Below the pieces are notes generated by a model, which was given only the letters and a program-made list of their open reading frames with translations, was not told the DNA's origin and did not search any database. The position numbers and the translations under genes are program-made. DNA of 47,073 bases, taken from NCBI GenBank assembly GCA_013791995.1, contig VMSS01000125.1, forward strand, positions 1 through 47,073, read 5' to 3'. Source of the stretch: Desulfurivibrio sp. Lineage in GTDB: Bacteria > Desulfobacterota > Desulfobulbia > Desulfobulbales > Desulfurivibrionaceae. Below, in pieces: positions 1-9,951 of this stretch; position 1 is the stretch's first letter; each line of letters begins with the position of its first letter.

Positions 1-1
1 G

Positions 2-688
2 GAGGAAAACATCCGGCAACGCATGCTGCAGGAATTCAAAAAACCCGTGACTCTCCGGTTGGACCAGATTCAGGTCGCGGATCTTAAAAAGGTTGAATCC
101 CAGCAGTCATCCGTTGCCAACCCGATTCAGACCAACACGGCCGCATCCGCCTTGGGTTCCGCCGGGATCATTCAATCGGTGCGGGCATTTTTCCCTATTC
201 CCACCCGGCTTTTTGAAGTGGACGAGATAAATCACCGTATCACCATCCTGCCGAAATCCGATGCCCAGGCTTCCCTCCGGACTCTGCACCGGATGGAAGA
301 AGAACTCTTGCTGCAATATCCGGGGTGGACCGTACAGATAGTCCCGCCGCAACAAGCATTGCCGAAACTTTTTTATCCGCGGGGAGTAAGCGAGTTGGCC
401 CCGGACCAGAAGCAGCGATTGGCAGACATTGCCTGGGCATTGCGGGCTTGGGAGGCAAACAACGTGATGGTGAACGGCTATGCCAGTACCGCCGGAGAAG
501 GGCCATTGCCGCTTGCCTGGGAAAGGGCTCGGCGGGTCGGCGAATTCTTGGGGAATGCGGGATTTCAGGTCCGCGCCCAGGGGTTGTATCCGGCACCGAA
601 ACAGTCGGAGCGGGAGCGCGATTTCGGCTATATCGCTTTTCAGGCGGTGGAGGTATCCCTGGAACCCTCGGCCATACCTACGCCCTGA
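2..688 (+). CDS. C-terminal part of an OmpA-like domain-containing protein (5'-truncated by the window edge)
   Basis: The frame is open from position 2 (EENIRQRM...). The segment VMVNGYASTAGE...LAWERARRVGEFL resembles an OmpA C-terminal domain. Confidence 0.55.
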   Translation, partial: EENIRQRMLQEFKKPVTLRLDQIQVADLKKVESQQSSVANPIQTNTAASALGSAGIIQSVRAFFPIPTRLFEVDEINHRITILPKSDAQASLRTLHRMEEELLLQYPGWTVQIVPPQQALPKLFYPRGVSELAPDQKQRLADIAWALRAWEANNVMVNGYASTAGEGPLPLAWERARRVGEFLGNAGFQVRAQGLYPAPKQSERERDFGYIAFQAVEVSLEPSAIPTP

Positions 689-824
689 TTCAATCGGACG
701 ATGACAGCGCAGAAAAGGCTTGAGAAAAATTCTTCCAATTTATTCTTGCCCATCCGGGATGAGCCCGCTATCTTGGCGATATTGAAGTTCAGGCTGAAAC
801 CTACGAATTGGAGATACGCGGGTT

Positions 825-1031
825 ATGGAAGTTATGAGTTACGGCGTTTCTATCTTGATTTCCCTGGTCTTGGGGCTGGCTGGCTTTTTCGCCGCCTTTA
901 AGGTGTTCAACTGGATGACGCCGAACATGGACCTGAACAACCAGCTTAAATCCGGAAACATGGCGGTGGCTATCTTTTTGGCCGGTCTTTTTATCGGTCT
1001 CGGCCTGCTGGTGGGGAGCGCCATCCAATGA
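825..1031 (+). CDS. DUF350-family small membrane protein
   Basis: Two hydrophobic helices separated by FNWMTP-x-MDL...GNMAVAIFLAG, the DUF350 pattern. The stop overlaps the next start (ATGA). Confidence 0.75.
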   Translation: MEVMSYGVSILISLVLGLAGFFAAFKVFNWMTPNMDLNNQLKSGNMAVAIFLAGLFIGLGLLVGSAIQ

Positions 1032-1495
1032 AGAGCGCGTGCCTCTGCCTCTCCTTGTTGCTTGCCTTGAGCTTTTCCCCTGCAACAGCGGGCCAGCAGG
1101 AAACGGTGAAACCTTCCACGGAAACCTTTGGCAATGACTTGCGCCTCAAGATCGAGCAGTTTCTGGGCCGACCGTATGGACGAGGGACTCGCGGGCCGAA
1201 ACGATTCGACTGCTCCGGTTTTGTCTGGCGAGTGATGCAGGAGAACGGTATCCGTATGAAACGGACCTCCGCGAGGAAACTCTATTTTTCCCTCCCCAAG
1301 ATCAAGGAAGAGGAAAAGTGGCAGCTGGGGTCAGTAGTGTTTTTCAACAACATGAAGCATTGCGGCATCGTCAATGACGAGTCCTCATTCTATCACGCCT
1401 CATCAACCGCAGGAACCACACTTTCGGAGTTCGCCCCCTATTGGCGGGAGAGAATCAGCGGATTCCGGCGGCTGCCTATCAAGAAAGCGACCTGA
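1028..1495 (+). CDS. NlpC/P60 (C40) cell-wall peptidase, exported
   Basis: Signal peptide, LGRPY..G, catalytic FDCSG, HCGI and FYHASS motifs. Confidence 0.9.
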   Translation: MKSACLCLSLLLALSFSPATAGQQETVKPSTETFGNDLRLKIEQFLGRPYGRGTRGPKRFDCSGFVWRVMQENGIRMKRTSARKLYFSLPKIKEEEKWQLGSVVFFNNMKHCGIVNDESSFYHASSTAGTTLSEFAPYWRERISGFRRLPIKKAT

Positions 1496-1699
1496 TCCGC
1501 CCACAGCGGAATTAATTCCGACATTCACACAACCTGTACGATCATATCTTCCAATTTCTTATTGTAGCGGGGTCTTGATTCAGAGCGACCAACGTTCGCT
1601 TGTGTTCCCGAGTGACCTTGCAGTATACTAAACAGACAACACCGCTGGCGTTTAGCCTGGTCGGCAGCGGAAAATTCAACAAAAAAAAGGTTGGTCATT

Positions 1700-2188
1700 A
1701 TGAAAATTCGCACTCTTTTTTTACTGATTGTCCTGATCGCGATCACTGCTTTCGCTGCGCTCAACTGGAGCGCGTTCATGACACCAACAACTCTTTCCTG
1801 GGGATTCGGCTTTGTTGAGGCGCCTCTCGGATTAGTCATGCTCGGGGTATCGACCTTCCTTCTGGCCCTGTTTCTTTTCTTTGTTCTCTATCTCCAGACC
1901 TCGGTCTTCTTTGACGCTCGTCGCCACGCCCGCGAGCTTCAGGCAAGCCGTGAACTCGCAAATCAGGCTGAGGTTTCGCGTTTTATCGAATTGCGCGGAT
2001 TCCTGGAACTGGAGTTGAAAAGACAGGCGGATCTTGACGCGGAATCACGGGCGGCCGTGCTTGCAAGGATAGACCAGCTTGATCGTGATCTCCGCTCGTT
2101 GATTGAACAGTCGGAAAACTCACTGAGCGCATATATCGGTGAATTGGGGGATCAGCTCGAAAAAGCGGCTTCTTCCCCACCAGCCTGA
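1700..2188 (+). CDS. LapA-like membrane protein with C-terminal coiled coil
   Basis: Two TM helices (FAALNW...TLS.GF...APLGLVMLG) followed by a charged helical region. Confidence 0.65.
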   Translation: MKIRTLFLLIVLIAITAFAALNWSAFMTPTTLSWGFGFVEAPLGLVMLGVSTFLLALFLFFVLYLQTSVFFDARRHARELQASRELANQAEVSRFIELRGFLELELKRQADLDAESRAAVLARIDQLDRDLRSLIEQSENSLSAYIGELGDQLEKAASSPPA

Positions 2189-2261
2189 TATCTCCGACAA
2201 CCGATACACGAGGGAAACGGTTTCCCGTTTCCCAAAAACCACACCACCGAAATATTCACCC

Positions 2262-2678
2262 ATGAAAAGCTTTCGCAAGGAACTTGTCTTCAACATTCCC
2301 ACCCGCCGCGCCTTTATCAACATCACCCCGCAGGTGGTGGAGTGTCTGCGCGAATCCGGAGTAAGGGAAGGTCTGGCCCTGGTCAACGCCATGCACATCA
2401 CCGCCTCGGTATTCATCAACGATGATGAATCGGGATTGCACCACGACTACGAGGTCTGGCTGGAAAAGCTAGCCCCGCATGAACCGGTTTCCCAATACCG
2501 GCACAATGGGTATGAAGACAATGGTGACGCCCATCTCAAACGGCAGATCATGGGCCGCGAGGTTGTGGTGGCCGTCACCGATGGCGCGCTCGATTTCGGC
2601 CCCTGGGAACAGATTTTTTACGGCGAGTTTGACGGCGGCCGCAAAAAAAGGGTGCTGGTAAAAATCATCGGGGAATAG
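2262..2678 (+). CDS. yjbQ: YjbQ/UPF0047 family protein
   Basis: [16 protein letters not shown] and [16 protein letters not shown] motifs. Confidence 0.92.
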   Translation: MKSFRKELVFNIPTRRAFINITPQVVECLRESGVREGLALVNAMHITASVFINDDESGLHHDYEVWLEKLAPHEPVSQYRHNGYEDNGDAHLKRQIMGREVVVAVTDGALDFGPWEQIFYGEFDGGRKKRVLVKIIGE

Positions 2679-2688
2679 GCTTCCTGTC

Positions 2689-3258
2689 TTGCCGAAAAAA
2701 GCACTGAACATCCCGAATCTGCTGAGCATCCTGCGCATCCTCCTTGCGCCACTGCTCCTGGCAGCCGCAGCAGCAGGCCTGCCAGGTCTTTTTCTTTTCC
2801 TCTTTATTCTCTCCCTTCTCAGCGATGCCCTGGACGGTTTCCTGGCCAGACGGTTGAATCAGGTCTCCGAATGGGGTGCCCAGCTGGACAGTTGGGGCGA
2901 TCTTGTCACCTATCTTGCCGCGCCGTTCGGGGTATGGCTGCTCTGGCCAGCGCTGGTAAGCCGGGAGCTGAACTTCATCCTCCTTGGCCTTGCCGCTTTT
3001 CTGTTCCCTATCCTTCTGGGATTTTACAAATTCCGCCGCCTGACAAGCTACCACACCCATGCGGCAAAAATCGCCGCAGTCCTTTTGGGAATCACCACCC
3101 CGCTGCTACTCATCGGCGGACCGGCCTACCCTTTCCGCATCGCCATCATCGTCTTCCTGGTCGCTGAACTGGAAGAGGTGGCGATCACCATACGCCTGAA
3201 ACGCTGGCAGGCAAATATCCCGAGCATCTTTCACTGCTGTCGCCTGCCGTCTGAGTAA
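2689..3258 (+). CDS. CDP-alcohol phosphatidyltransferase family protein
   Basis: NIPNLLS and the signature DALDGFLAR...WGAQLDSWGD. Confidence 0.9.
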   Translation: MPKKALNIPNLLSILRILLAPLLLAAAAAGLPGLFLFLFILSLLSDALDGFLARRLNQVSEWGAQLDSWGDLVTYLAAPFGVWLLWPALVSRELNFILLGLAAFLFPILLGFYKFRRLTSYHTHAAKIAAVLLGITTPLLLIGGPAYPFRIAIIVFLVAELEEVAITIRLKRWQANIPSIFHCCRLPSE

Positions 3259-3337
3259 CCGCCGGAGAATAATGACATATGCATCCCTGATGCACAGGAT
3301 ACTCCCGCCTGCAGCACAGCGCTATTTCCCACCGACA

Positions 3338-3367
3338 TTGACAAGCCCCCGTAAAAAATGGGATACT
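3338..3367 (+). promoter_or_regulatory. Putative sigma70 promoter of the metal cluster
   Basis: TTGACA (3338-3343), 18-nt spacer containing the extended TG, then GATACT (3362-3367). Confidence 0.55.
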
Positions 3368-3479
3368 GAATACTTCTCATATCGTGCGGGGAACTGCGGT
3401 TCACTGTCCCGATTACCTATCACAACGGGCATTCGCCTTCACAGCACAACCAACAACTTATTCGCAGAGGGAGGACAAC

Positions 3480-4016
3480 ATGAAAAAGAAACTCATGGCG
3501 GTTACGGCATTGGCATGTTTGTTGGCAGCAGGAACGGTTTCCGCCCAGAACGGGCAAGAGATGATGCAAAGCGGTGCGCCTGGTGCGATGCCCCAGCAAC
3601 AGGCAATGCCGCCGATGGGCCCGGGCATGATGGGTGGTGGTATGGGCATGGGTCCCGGCATGATGGGCGGTGGTATGGGCATGGGTCCCGGCATGATGGG
3701 CGGTGGCATGGGCATGGGTCCCGGCATGGGCATGGGGCCATGCGGTCAGATGGGTGGCGGCATGGGGTCCGGCATGATGGGCGGTGGCATGGGCATGGGG
3801 TCCAGCATGATGGGCAATATCGAGCCTGAAGATCAGCAAAAATTCCTCGATGCGACCACGGATTTGCGAAAGAAAATGCACGACACGCAGTTTGAATATG
3901 CCGAAGCGGCGCGCAATCCCAAAACGACCAAGGCAGATCTCCTCAAAAAGAAAAAAGAGCTGTGGGATATCCAGCAGAAGATCCATGAAAAGGCCTGGGG
4001 ATTCATGAAAGAATAG
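3480..4016 (+). CDS. Periplasmic Met/Gly-rich protein with ZraP/Spy-like helical C-terminal domain
   Basis: GGAGG RBS, signal peptide, GPGMMGGGMGM repeats, and C-terminal QKFLDATTDLRKKMH...EAARNPKT. Confidence 0.75.
   Translation: MKKKLMAVTALACLLAAGTVSAQNGQEMMQSGAPGAMPQQQAMPPMGPGMMGGGMGMGPGMMGGGMGMGPGMMGGGMGMGPGMGMGPCGQMGGGMGSGMMGGGMGMGSSMMGNIEPEDQQKFLDATTDLRKKMHDTQFEYAEAARNPKTTKADLLKKKKELWDIQQKIHEKAWGFMKE
3618..3716 (+). repeat. 33-bp coding tandem repeat, three copies (GPGMMGGGMGM), degenerating to about 3815
   Basis: Directly visible in both DNA and protein. Confidence 0.85.
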
Positions 4017-4028
4017 CGAGGCAACCTG

Positions 4029-4065
4029 ACACGGCGGGAGAAACAGCTTCCGCCGTGTTGTTTTT
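4029..4065 (+). terminator. Intrinsic terminator
   Basis: ACACGGCGGGAG-aaacag-CTTCCGCCGTGT followed by TGTTTTT. Confidence 0.8.
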
Positions 4066-4136
4066 GGGGGATGAGCGCATTTCCCGGAACTAACGCCGAA
4101 CGACTGAATGTATCTTCTGACAACAAGGGGGAAGCG

Positions 4137-4670
4137 ATGGAGGCTCGTTCAAGTTTACCCGCTGCGGATTTTGCCCTGCCCGATGCAACAGGTACGGTGC
4201 ATACTCTGGAGGAATTTCGCGGCCACTGGCTGCTCATGGTCTTTCATCGCCACCTGGGGTGACTGCCCTGCCGGGCGCATCTCTCGCAGTTGCGGGAAGA
4301 GGAAAAGACCTTTAAAGAACGGGACGTGCGCATCGTCGTCGTCACCTTCGAGGCCGGTCATTTTGCCCGCCGATATATCGATGAAACCGATCTTACCTGG
4401 CCTGTGCTGGTGGATGAAAAACGCGAACTGTACCGGGCCTACGACATGCTTACCGCCTCGTTCTGGAATATCTGGGGCCCAAAAACCTGGTGGGCTTATC
4501 TCAAGGCCATTCTCCACGGCCAGAAACTGCAGAAATCCCATGGTGATATCTCCCAGCGCGGCGGCGATGTGCTTATCGACCCGGAAGGCATGGTTCGGCT
4601 GCATCATGTGGGCGAAGGCCCGGCCGACCGGCCTTCACTGGCATTGATTCTGGAAAGACTTACACGGTAA
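4137..4670 (+). CDS. AhpC/TSA-like (SelL/SelU-related) thioredoxin-fold selenoprotein with a UxxC motif; 177 aa, Sec42
   Basis: ORFs 4071-4262 and 4290-4670 are in one frame. Reading through TGA 4260-4262 gives FHRHLG-U-LPC-RAHLSQL. The C-terminal QRGGDVLIDPEG...DRP is typical of the family. Confidence 0.88.
4282..4297 (+). promoter_or_regulatory. Putative bacterial SECIS hairpin
   Basis: UCUCGC-AGUU-GCGGGA; the G-containing loop begins 25 nt after the UGA. Confidence 0.6.
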
Positions 4671-4699
4671 AATTTTATCACCATAAAAGGATAGAGGAG

Positions 4700-4921
4700 A
4701 TGTACAATATGGGATGGCATGCATACAACGGGATGGGCTGGGGCGGTGGCATGTATATGCTGATCATCTTCGGGTTGATCGTGATTGGCGGCATCGTGGT
4801 TGTGCGGTGGTCTCTAAAATCCGGCAGTGAAGATTCCGCCCTGGAAATCCTGAAGCGGCGCTATGCCCAGGGAGAACTCACCAAAGAACAATTTGAGACG
4901 ATGAAAAAAGACATCCAATAG
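4700..4921 (+). CDS. SHOCT-domain small membrane protein
   Basis: One TM helix plus SALEILKRRYAQGELTKEQFETMK. Confidence 0.88.
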   Translation: MYNMGWHAYNGMGWGGGMYMLIIFGLIVIGGIVVVRWSLKSGSEDSALEILKRRYAQGELTKEQFETMKKDIQ

Positions 4922-4930
4922 AGGTTCGCC

Positions 4931-5473
4931 ATGAAAATGACCGTTATTTCGCGGGTAATTGCCAATTTTTTCCATCTGGTTTTTGCCGTTCTCCTCATCG
5001 CCTTATCGGTCCACCTCATCCATCTGGCCATCGGACACATCCTGGAATCCTTTCAGGTGGAAAACGCCGTTGATTCCATTTTCAGCGCCATCTGGCTCAT
5101 TACCGTGGCGATAGTTGTTTTCGACCTCGGGATCATTATTTTCGATGAGATCATCTGGGAAGGCCGCAAAAAAAGCCTCAGTGAATTCAAGCGGGAATTC
5201 AACAAATTCCTGATCGTCATCATCACTGCCCTGCTTATTGAAACACTGGTTGTTTTTTTCCGGGTCGCAAAACAAGACGTCACTCTGCTGAGTTATCCGG
5301 CGTTGTCGATTTTTGCTATTTGCGCGCTGATTCTTTCGCTGGCAGCCTATATGCGGTTCAGCGTTGATAAAGCCGACGACCAGGAAGATCCCGGGCAAAC
5401 ACTCAAAATCAAGTATGTCAAAGGCGAGATTAGCCGGGAGGATTTCGAGGAAAAGATGCAACTCATCCAATAG
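4931..5473 (+). CDS. Four-TM membrane protein with C-terminal SHOCT-like motif
   Basis: Four hydrophobic segments; ends LKIKYVKGEISREDFEEK. Confidence 0.7.
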   Translation: MKMTVISRVIANFFHLVFAVLLIALSVHLIHLAIGHILESFQVENAVDSIFSAIWLITVAIVVFDLGIIIFDEIIWEGRKKSLSEFKREFNKFLIVIITALLIETLVVFFRVAKQDVTLLSYPALSIFAICALILSLAAYMRFSVDKADDQEDPGQTLKIKYVKGEISREDFEEKMQLIQ

Positions 5474-5582
5474 GATATTCACACATACTGAACCCACAGC
5501 GTGTAGAGGTGGGCATCGTTGTACACAACTGTAACGGAATGAGGGGGCTCTTCTGAACAGTACAGCGGAACTCATTGAATCG

Positions 5583-6623
5583 TTGCGAAGTCTGCACGAT
5601 CTTCTCAAAGCCATCAACTCCACCCTCGATACCAATGAGGTGGTGGAATTGATCCTGAAAAAAACCGCAAGCCTGATGCGCTCCCAGCGAGTGCTTATTC
5701 TGCGCCTAGATCCGTCGAATACCGAGCTATTCGTCTATCGCGCCTATGGATTTCGGGAAGAAGAACTCCGCCTGCGGCAGTTTGCCGGGGTCTTGTCCTT
5801 TGATCATTGCATAGTCCACAAGGGGACCGTGATCCATTTCGCTGAACTTTTGGCACAAAGCGATTACGAGAAAGTGATTGCTGCTGTCCCTGCCTTGGCA
5901 AAGATGATTTTTGCCCCACTGGAGATCCAGGGCAAGGCATATGGCCTGCTGGGTGTGTCCGGCGGGGATCAGGATTTTTCGGAAATCGAATTGGAAATTT
6001 TTTGTGCGCTTGCCAGCCAGGCAGCGGTGGCCATCGAAAACGCCAATTTATACCAAAGGCTGAAAGACACTTTTCTCCATACCGCTGCGGCCCTGGCCGA
6101 GGCGGTCAACAGCAGAGACCCGTATACCGGCGGACATGTGCAGCGGGTCCAGGATTATTCCCTGCACATAGCCGCAGCCCTGAAAATGCCGGCAGAACAG
6201 CGTGATACCCTGCGGCTTGCCGCCATTCTTCACGATATCGGCAAAATCGGCATCGATGACGCCATCCTGAGAAAAAACAGCGGCCTGACCGATGCAGAAC
6301 AGCAGAACATGCGAAAACACCCGGAGATCGGCGCCCGTATTCTAGCCATGGCTGACGGCATGAAGGATGTGGTGCCGGGGGTGCTGCATCACCACGAATG
6401 GTTCGACGGCAGCGGCTACCCCGATGGCCTGATTGGTGAAAACATCCCGTTATCGGCAAGAATCATTGCCATTGTTGATGTTTTTGACGCCTTGACCACC
6501 GAGCGTCCGTACCGGACGGCATTACCGTTTTCAGCGGCCCTGGACGAACTGGCGCAGGGGGCTGGCAAACATTTCGACCCAGATTTGGTCAAGATTTTCA
6601 CTGGAAGTATCCATTCGGCATAA
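5583..6623 (+). CDS. GAF + HD-GYP cyclic-dinucleotide phosphodiesterase (true start possibly CTG at 5553)
   Basis: GAF domain ending LASQAAVAIENA, followed by YTGGH, LHDIGK, HHEWFDGSGYP and DALTTERPYR. Confidence 0.92.
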   Translation: MRSLHDLLKAINSTLDTNEVVELILKKTASLMRSQRVLILRLDPSNTELFVYRAYGFREEELRLRQFAGVLSFDHCIVHKGTVIHFAELLAQSDYEKVIAAVPALAKMIFAPLEIQGKAYGLLGVSGGDQDFSEIELEIFCALASQAAVAIENANLYQRLKDTFLHTAAALAEAVNSRDPYTGGHVQRVQDYSLHIAAALKMPAEQRDTLRLAAILHDIGKIGIDDAILRKNSGLTDAEQQNMRKHPEIGARILAMADGMKDVVPGVLHHHEWFDGSGYPDGLIGENIPLSARIIAIVDVFDALTTERPYRTALPFSAALDELAQGAGKHFDPDLVKIFTGSIHSA

Positions 6624-6666
6624 GGGTATATCGCTCTGCTGACTATTTGGAAGGGGGGGGAACCAT

Positions 6667-9255
6667 ATGGACATGAAGCACGGAGAAGATCAGCACCACA
6701 AAACGGACGACGCAACGGCGCAATACACCGATCCGGTATGCGGTATGAACACCGATGACCCAAAAGCGTTCATCCCCTATGCGCACGAGGGACATACGCA
6801 TCATTTCTGCAGCGACCGCTGTTTGGCAAAATTCAAGGAGAACCCCGCAGCCTATGAGGGCAATGAGGTCAAAAAAACGGCCATGACGCATCAATCCCCG
6901 GACGCAGGGAAATATACCTGTCCAATGCACCCGGAAGTGGTGCAGGACAAACCCGGCGCCTGCCCAAAATGCGGCATGGCCCTTGAGCCGGTTATTCCTG
7001 CACCGCCTGCGGCGGTGAAAACTAAATACACCTGCCCCATGCACCCGGAAGTAGTGCAAGATAAACCTGGCACCTGCCCAAAATGCGGCATGACTCTTGA
7101 GCCAATCATCCCGGCGTCTCCTGGAGCGGGAAAAACCGAATACACCTGTCCCATGCACCCCGAAGTGGTACAGGACACGCCTGGGAATTGCCCGAAATGC
7201 GGCATGGCCTTGGAGCCCCGCTCGGGCTCAGCTGCGGAGGAAGAGTCGAACCCGGAGTACGAAGACATGCGCCGCCGGTTTATTGTGGGAGCGATTTTCT
7301 CCGTGCCGGTGGTGATCATTGCCATGCGTGGCCTGATTCCGGGCGCGCATCTCCTTGATTTACTGGCCTCGGCAGAGGTCTACGGATGGCTGGAACTGCT
7401 GTTGGCAACGCCGGTGGTGCTGTGGGCCGGTTGGCCTTTTTATGTTCGGGGCGTGCAGTCGGTGGTCAACAGGAGCCTCAACATGTTCACCCTCATCGGC
7501 CTCGGTGTGTCGGTGGCCTATGTCTACAGCCTGATTGGAGTGCTGTTCCCCGGACTGTTTCCTGATGCCATGCGCACGCATGAAGGAACGGTGGGGGTGT
7601 ATTTTGAGGCAGCGGCAGTGATCGTGACCCTCATTTTGCTGGGGCAGGTTCTGGAGTTGCAGGCCCGCAGTCGCACCGGCGCCGCGATCAAAGCTTTGCT
7701 CGGACTGGCCCCCAAGACGGCCAGGAAGGTTTTTGATGACGGCAGGGAAGAGGATATCCCCCTTGAGCATGTCCAGGTCGGCGACCGCTTGCGCGTGCGG
7801 CCCGGCGAAAAGGTGCCGGTGGATGGCGTGGTGCTGGAAGGAACCAGCAACGTGGACGAATCCATGATCTCCGGCGAACCCATGCCGGTGAGCAAAAAAA
7901 GCGGAGATCCGATGGTCGGCGCCACAGTAAACAGCACCGGCTCCCTCGTCATGCAAGCCGAACGCGTTGGCAGCGACACCATGCTGGCCCAGATCGTCCA
8001 CATGGTGGCCGAGGCCCAGCGCTCCCGTGCTCCGATCCAGAAACTGGCTGATGTTGTGGCGGGCTATTTTGTCCCGGTTGTTATTGCCATTGCCGCGGCA
8101 TCCTTTACCGTCTGGTTTTTCTGGGGACCGGAGCCGCGTTTGGCCTATGCCCTGATCGTGGCGGTTTCGGTACTGATTATCGCCTGCCCGTGTGCCCTGG
8201 GGCTGGCCACACCCATGTCGATTATGGTGGCAACCGGCAAGGGCGCCACCATGGGCGTGCTTTTTAAAAGCGCCGAGGCCATCGAAACCCTGCGCAAGGT
8301 CGATACCCTGGTGGTGGACAAAACCGGCACTCTCACAGAAGGGAAACCAAAATTGGTGGGAGTGGTTGCCGCCGAAGGGGTTGATGAAACCCTGTTTTTG
8401 TCTTTGGCCGCAACCCTTGAGAAAGGCAGCGAACACCCTTTGGCCGCAGCCATTGTGAATGGTGCCAAGGAAAAAGGGGTAGAGATAGGAGAGGTGCACG
8501 ATTTCAACTCCCATACCGGCAAGGGCGTTTCCGGAAAGGTAGGAGAGCAGCAGGTATTATTGGGTAACGCGAAATTACTGGAGGATTTCAAGGTCGCCCC
8601 TGGTGCTTTGGCGGAAAAAGCCGAAGCGATGCGAGCCGAAGGGCAGACCGTCATGTTTGTTGCCGTGGACGGCAAGATCGCCGGTTTGCTGGCTGTTGCC
8701 GATCCGATCAAAGCAACCACTCCGGAGGCCATCAAACAACTGCATGCAGAAAATATCAGGGTCGTCATGCTCACCGGGGATAATAAGGTTACGGCAGCGG
8801 CCGTGGCCAGGAAGCTTGATATCGATGAGGTGGTGGCCGAGGTGCTGCCCGAGGAAAAAGCAGCGATTGTCAAGCGGTTCCAGGGAGAAGGCAAGATCGT
8901 GGCCATGGCTGGCGACGGCATTAATGATGCGCCGGCCCTGGCCCAGGCACAGGTCGGTATCGCCATGGGCACCGGTACGGATGTCGCCATGGAAAGTGCC
9001 GGCGTTACCCTGGTTAAGGGCGATCTGCGCGGCATTGTCCGGGCCAGGAAATTGAGCCGCGCCACCATGGCCAACATCAAACAGAATCTTTTCTTTGCCT
9101 TTATCTACAATGCATTGGGTGTGCCCCTTGCCGCAGGCGTCTTGTTTCCCTTTTTCGGCATGCTGCTCAGCCCGATGATTGCGGCGCTGGCCATGAGCTT
9201 CAGTTCGGTTTCAGTGATCGCCAATGCCCTGCGGCTGCGCCAGGTGAAATTATAA
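6667..9255 (+). CDS. copA: Cu(I)/Ag(I)-translocating P1B-type ATPase with N-terminal YHS domain and three YTCPMHP metal-binding domains
   Basis: DPVCGM/FCS (YHS), [22 protein letters not shown] and MSFSS motifs. Confidence 0.95.
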   Translation: MDMKHGEDQHHKTDDATAQYTDPVCGMNTDDPKAFIPYAHEGHTHHFCSDRCLAKFKENPAAYEGNEVKKTAMTHQSPDAGKYTCPMHPEVVQDKPGACPKCGMALEPVIPAPPAAVKTKYTCPMHPEVVQDKPGTCPKCGMTLEPIIPASPGAGKTEYTCPMHPEVVQDTPGNCPKCGMALEPRSGSAAEEESNPEYEDMRRRFIVGAIFSVPVVIIAMRGLIPGAHLLDLLASAEVYGWLELLLATPVVLWAGWPFYVRGVQSVVNRSLNMFTLIGLGVSVAYVYSLIGVLFPGLFPDAMRTHEGTVGVYFEAAAVIVTLILLGQVLELQARSRTGAAIKALLGLAPKTARKVFDDGREEDIPLEHVQVGDRLRVRPGEKVPVDGVVLEGTSNVDESMISGEPMPVSKKSGDPMVGATVNSTGSLVMQAERVGSDTMLAQIVHMVAEAQRSRAPIQKLADVVAGYFVPVVIAIAAASFTVWFFWGPEPRLAYALIVAVSVLIIACPCALGLATPMSIMVATGKGATMGVLFKSAEAIETLRKVDTLVVDKTGTLTEGKPKLVGVVAAEGVDETLFLSLAATLEKGSEHPLAAAIVNGAKEKGVEIGEVHDFNSHTGKGVSGKVGEQQVLLGNAKLLEDFKVAPGALAEKAEAMRAEGQTVMFVAVDGKIAGLLAVADPIKATTPEAIKQLHAENIRVVMLTGDNKVTAAAVARKLDIDEVVAEVLPEEKAAIVKRFQGEGKIVAMAGDGINDAPALAQAQVGIAMGTGTDVAMESAGVTLVKGDLRGIVRARKLSRATMANIKQNLFFAFIYNALGVPLAAGVLFPFFGMLLSPMIAALAMSFSSVSVIANALRLRQVKL
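6910..7218 (+). repeat. Three ~114-bp coding repeats ([23 protein letters not shown])
   Basis: Repeat units start at 6910, 7024 and 7138. Confidence 0.9.
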
Positions 9256-9327
9256 TTATAAAAGAACCACCCCTGGCTTTTTCCCACAGATCGGGAGGAG
9301 CAGGAAGTTGCATTAAAGCCCGGATAG

Positions 9328-9351
9328 GCTTGGGAGTCATGACTTCCAAGC
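9328..9351. promoter_or_regulatory. 24-bp near-perfect palindrome upstream of the Met-rich gene; possible operator
   Basis: GCTTGGGAGTCA|TGACTTCCAAGC, one mismatch, ending 31 nt before the ATG. Confidence 0.45.
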
Positions 9352-9382
9352 ATGGTATTCAAAAAAAGCTAAGGAGCGAACA

Positions 9383-9880
9383 ATGAAAAAGATGATGATC
9401 GGAACCGCCCTGATGTTGGCATTCGTCGTAACACCTGCCTACGCTGTTGATGAGCATCATGCGGACAAGGCGCCTGCGCCAGCCCAGGCCGCGATGGAAA
9501 AGCCCGCCCCGGATCAGGCCGCCATGGATAAACAGAAGCAGGAGATGGATGCCCGCATGCAACGCATGCAGGAGATGCGCAAGAAGATGCAGGAGGCAAA
9601 AACTCCGGCCGAACGACAGAAACTGCGGCAGGAACACATGGCTGAAATGCAAAAGAACATGAAAGCTATGATGGCCGACAAAGGCATGATGATGGGTGGG
9701 AAAGACGGCATGATGATGGGCGACAAAGGCGGAATGATGGGTGGAAAAGACGGCATGATGATGGGCGGCAAGGGCGGCATGATGATGTGCGATCCAGCCA
9801 TGATGGAAAAGAAAATGCAGATGATGCAGGAAATGATGCAGGGGATGATGGATCAGCAGGAAATGACGATGAAAAAATAA
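9383..9880 (+). CDS. Periplasmic Met-rich putative copper-binding protein
   Basis: AAGGAG RBS, signal peptide, VDEHH, ERQKLRQEHM and MMMGGKDG repeats. Confidence 0.75.
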   Translation: MKKMMIGTALMLAFVVTPAYAVDEHHADKAPAPAQAAMEKPAPDQAAMDKQKQEMDARMQRMQEMRKKMQEAKTPAERQKLRQEHMAEMQKNMKAMMADKGMMMGGKDGMMMGDKGGMMGGKDGMMMGGKGGMMMCDPAMMEKKMQMMQEMMQGMMDQQEMTMKK

Positions 9881-9891
9881 TAACTGGTGCA

Positions 9892-9924
9892 GATAAGGAC
9901 TCGTCTGCAGGGCGAGTCCTTATC
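9892..9924. terminator. 14-bp stem-loop after the Met-rich gene (terminator or mRNA stabiliser; no U-tract)
   Basis: GATAAGGACTCGTC-tgcag-GGCGAGTCCTTATC. Confidence 0.55.
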
Positions 9925-9951
9925 AATAAGTAATGCAGGGAGAAGGATGAT

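Noticed and set aside
2212-2233. Hairpin GGGAAACGG-tttc-CCGTTTCCC as a terminator
   Set aside because: No U-tract follows it on either strand, so its function cannot be supported.
3618-3815. Tandem repeats as a possible CRISPR array (also 6910-7218, about 9685-9790 and about 39810-40070)
   Set aside because: They are in-frame coding repeats with synonymous variation, have no unique spacers, and there are no cas genes.
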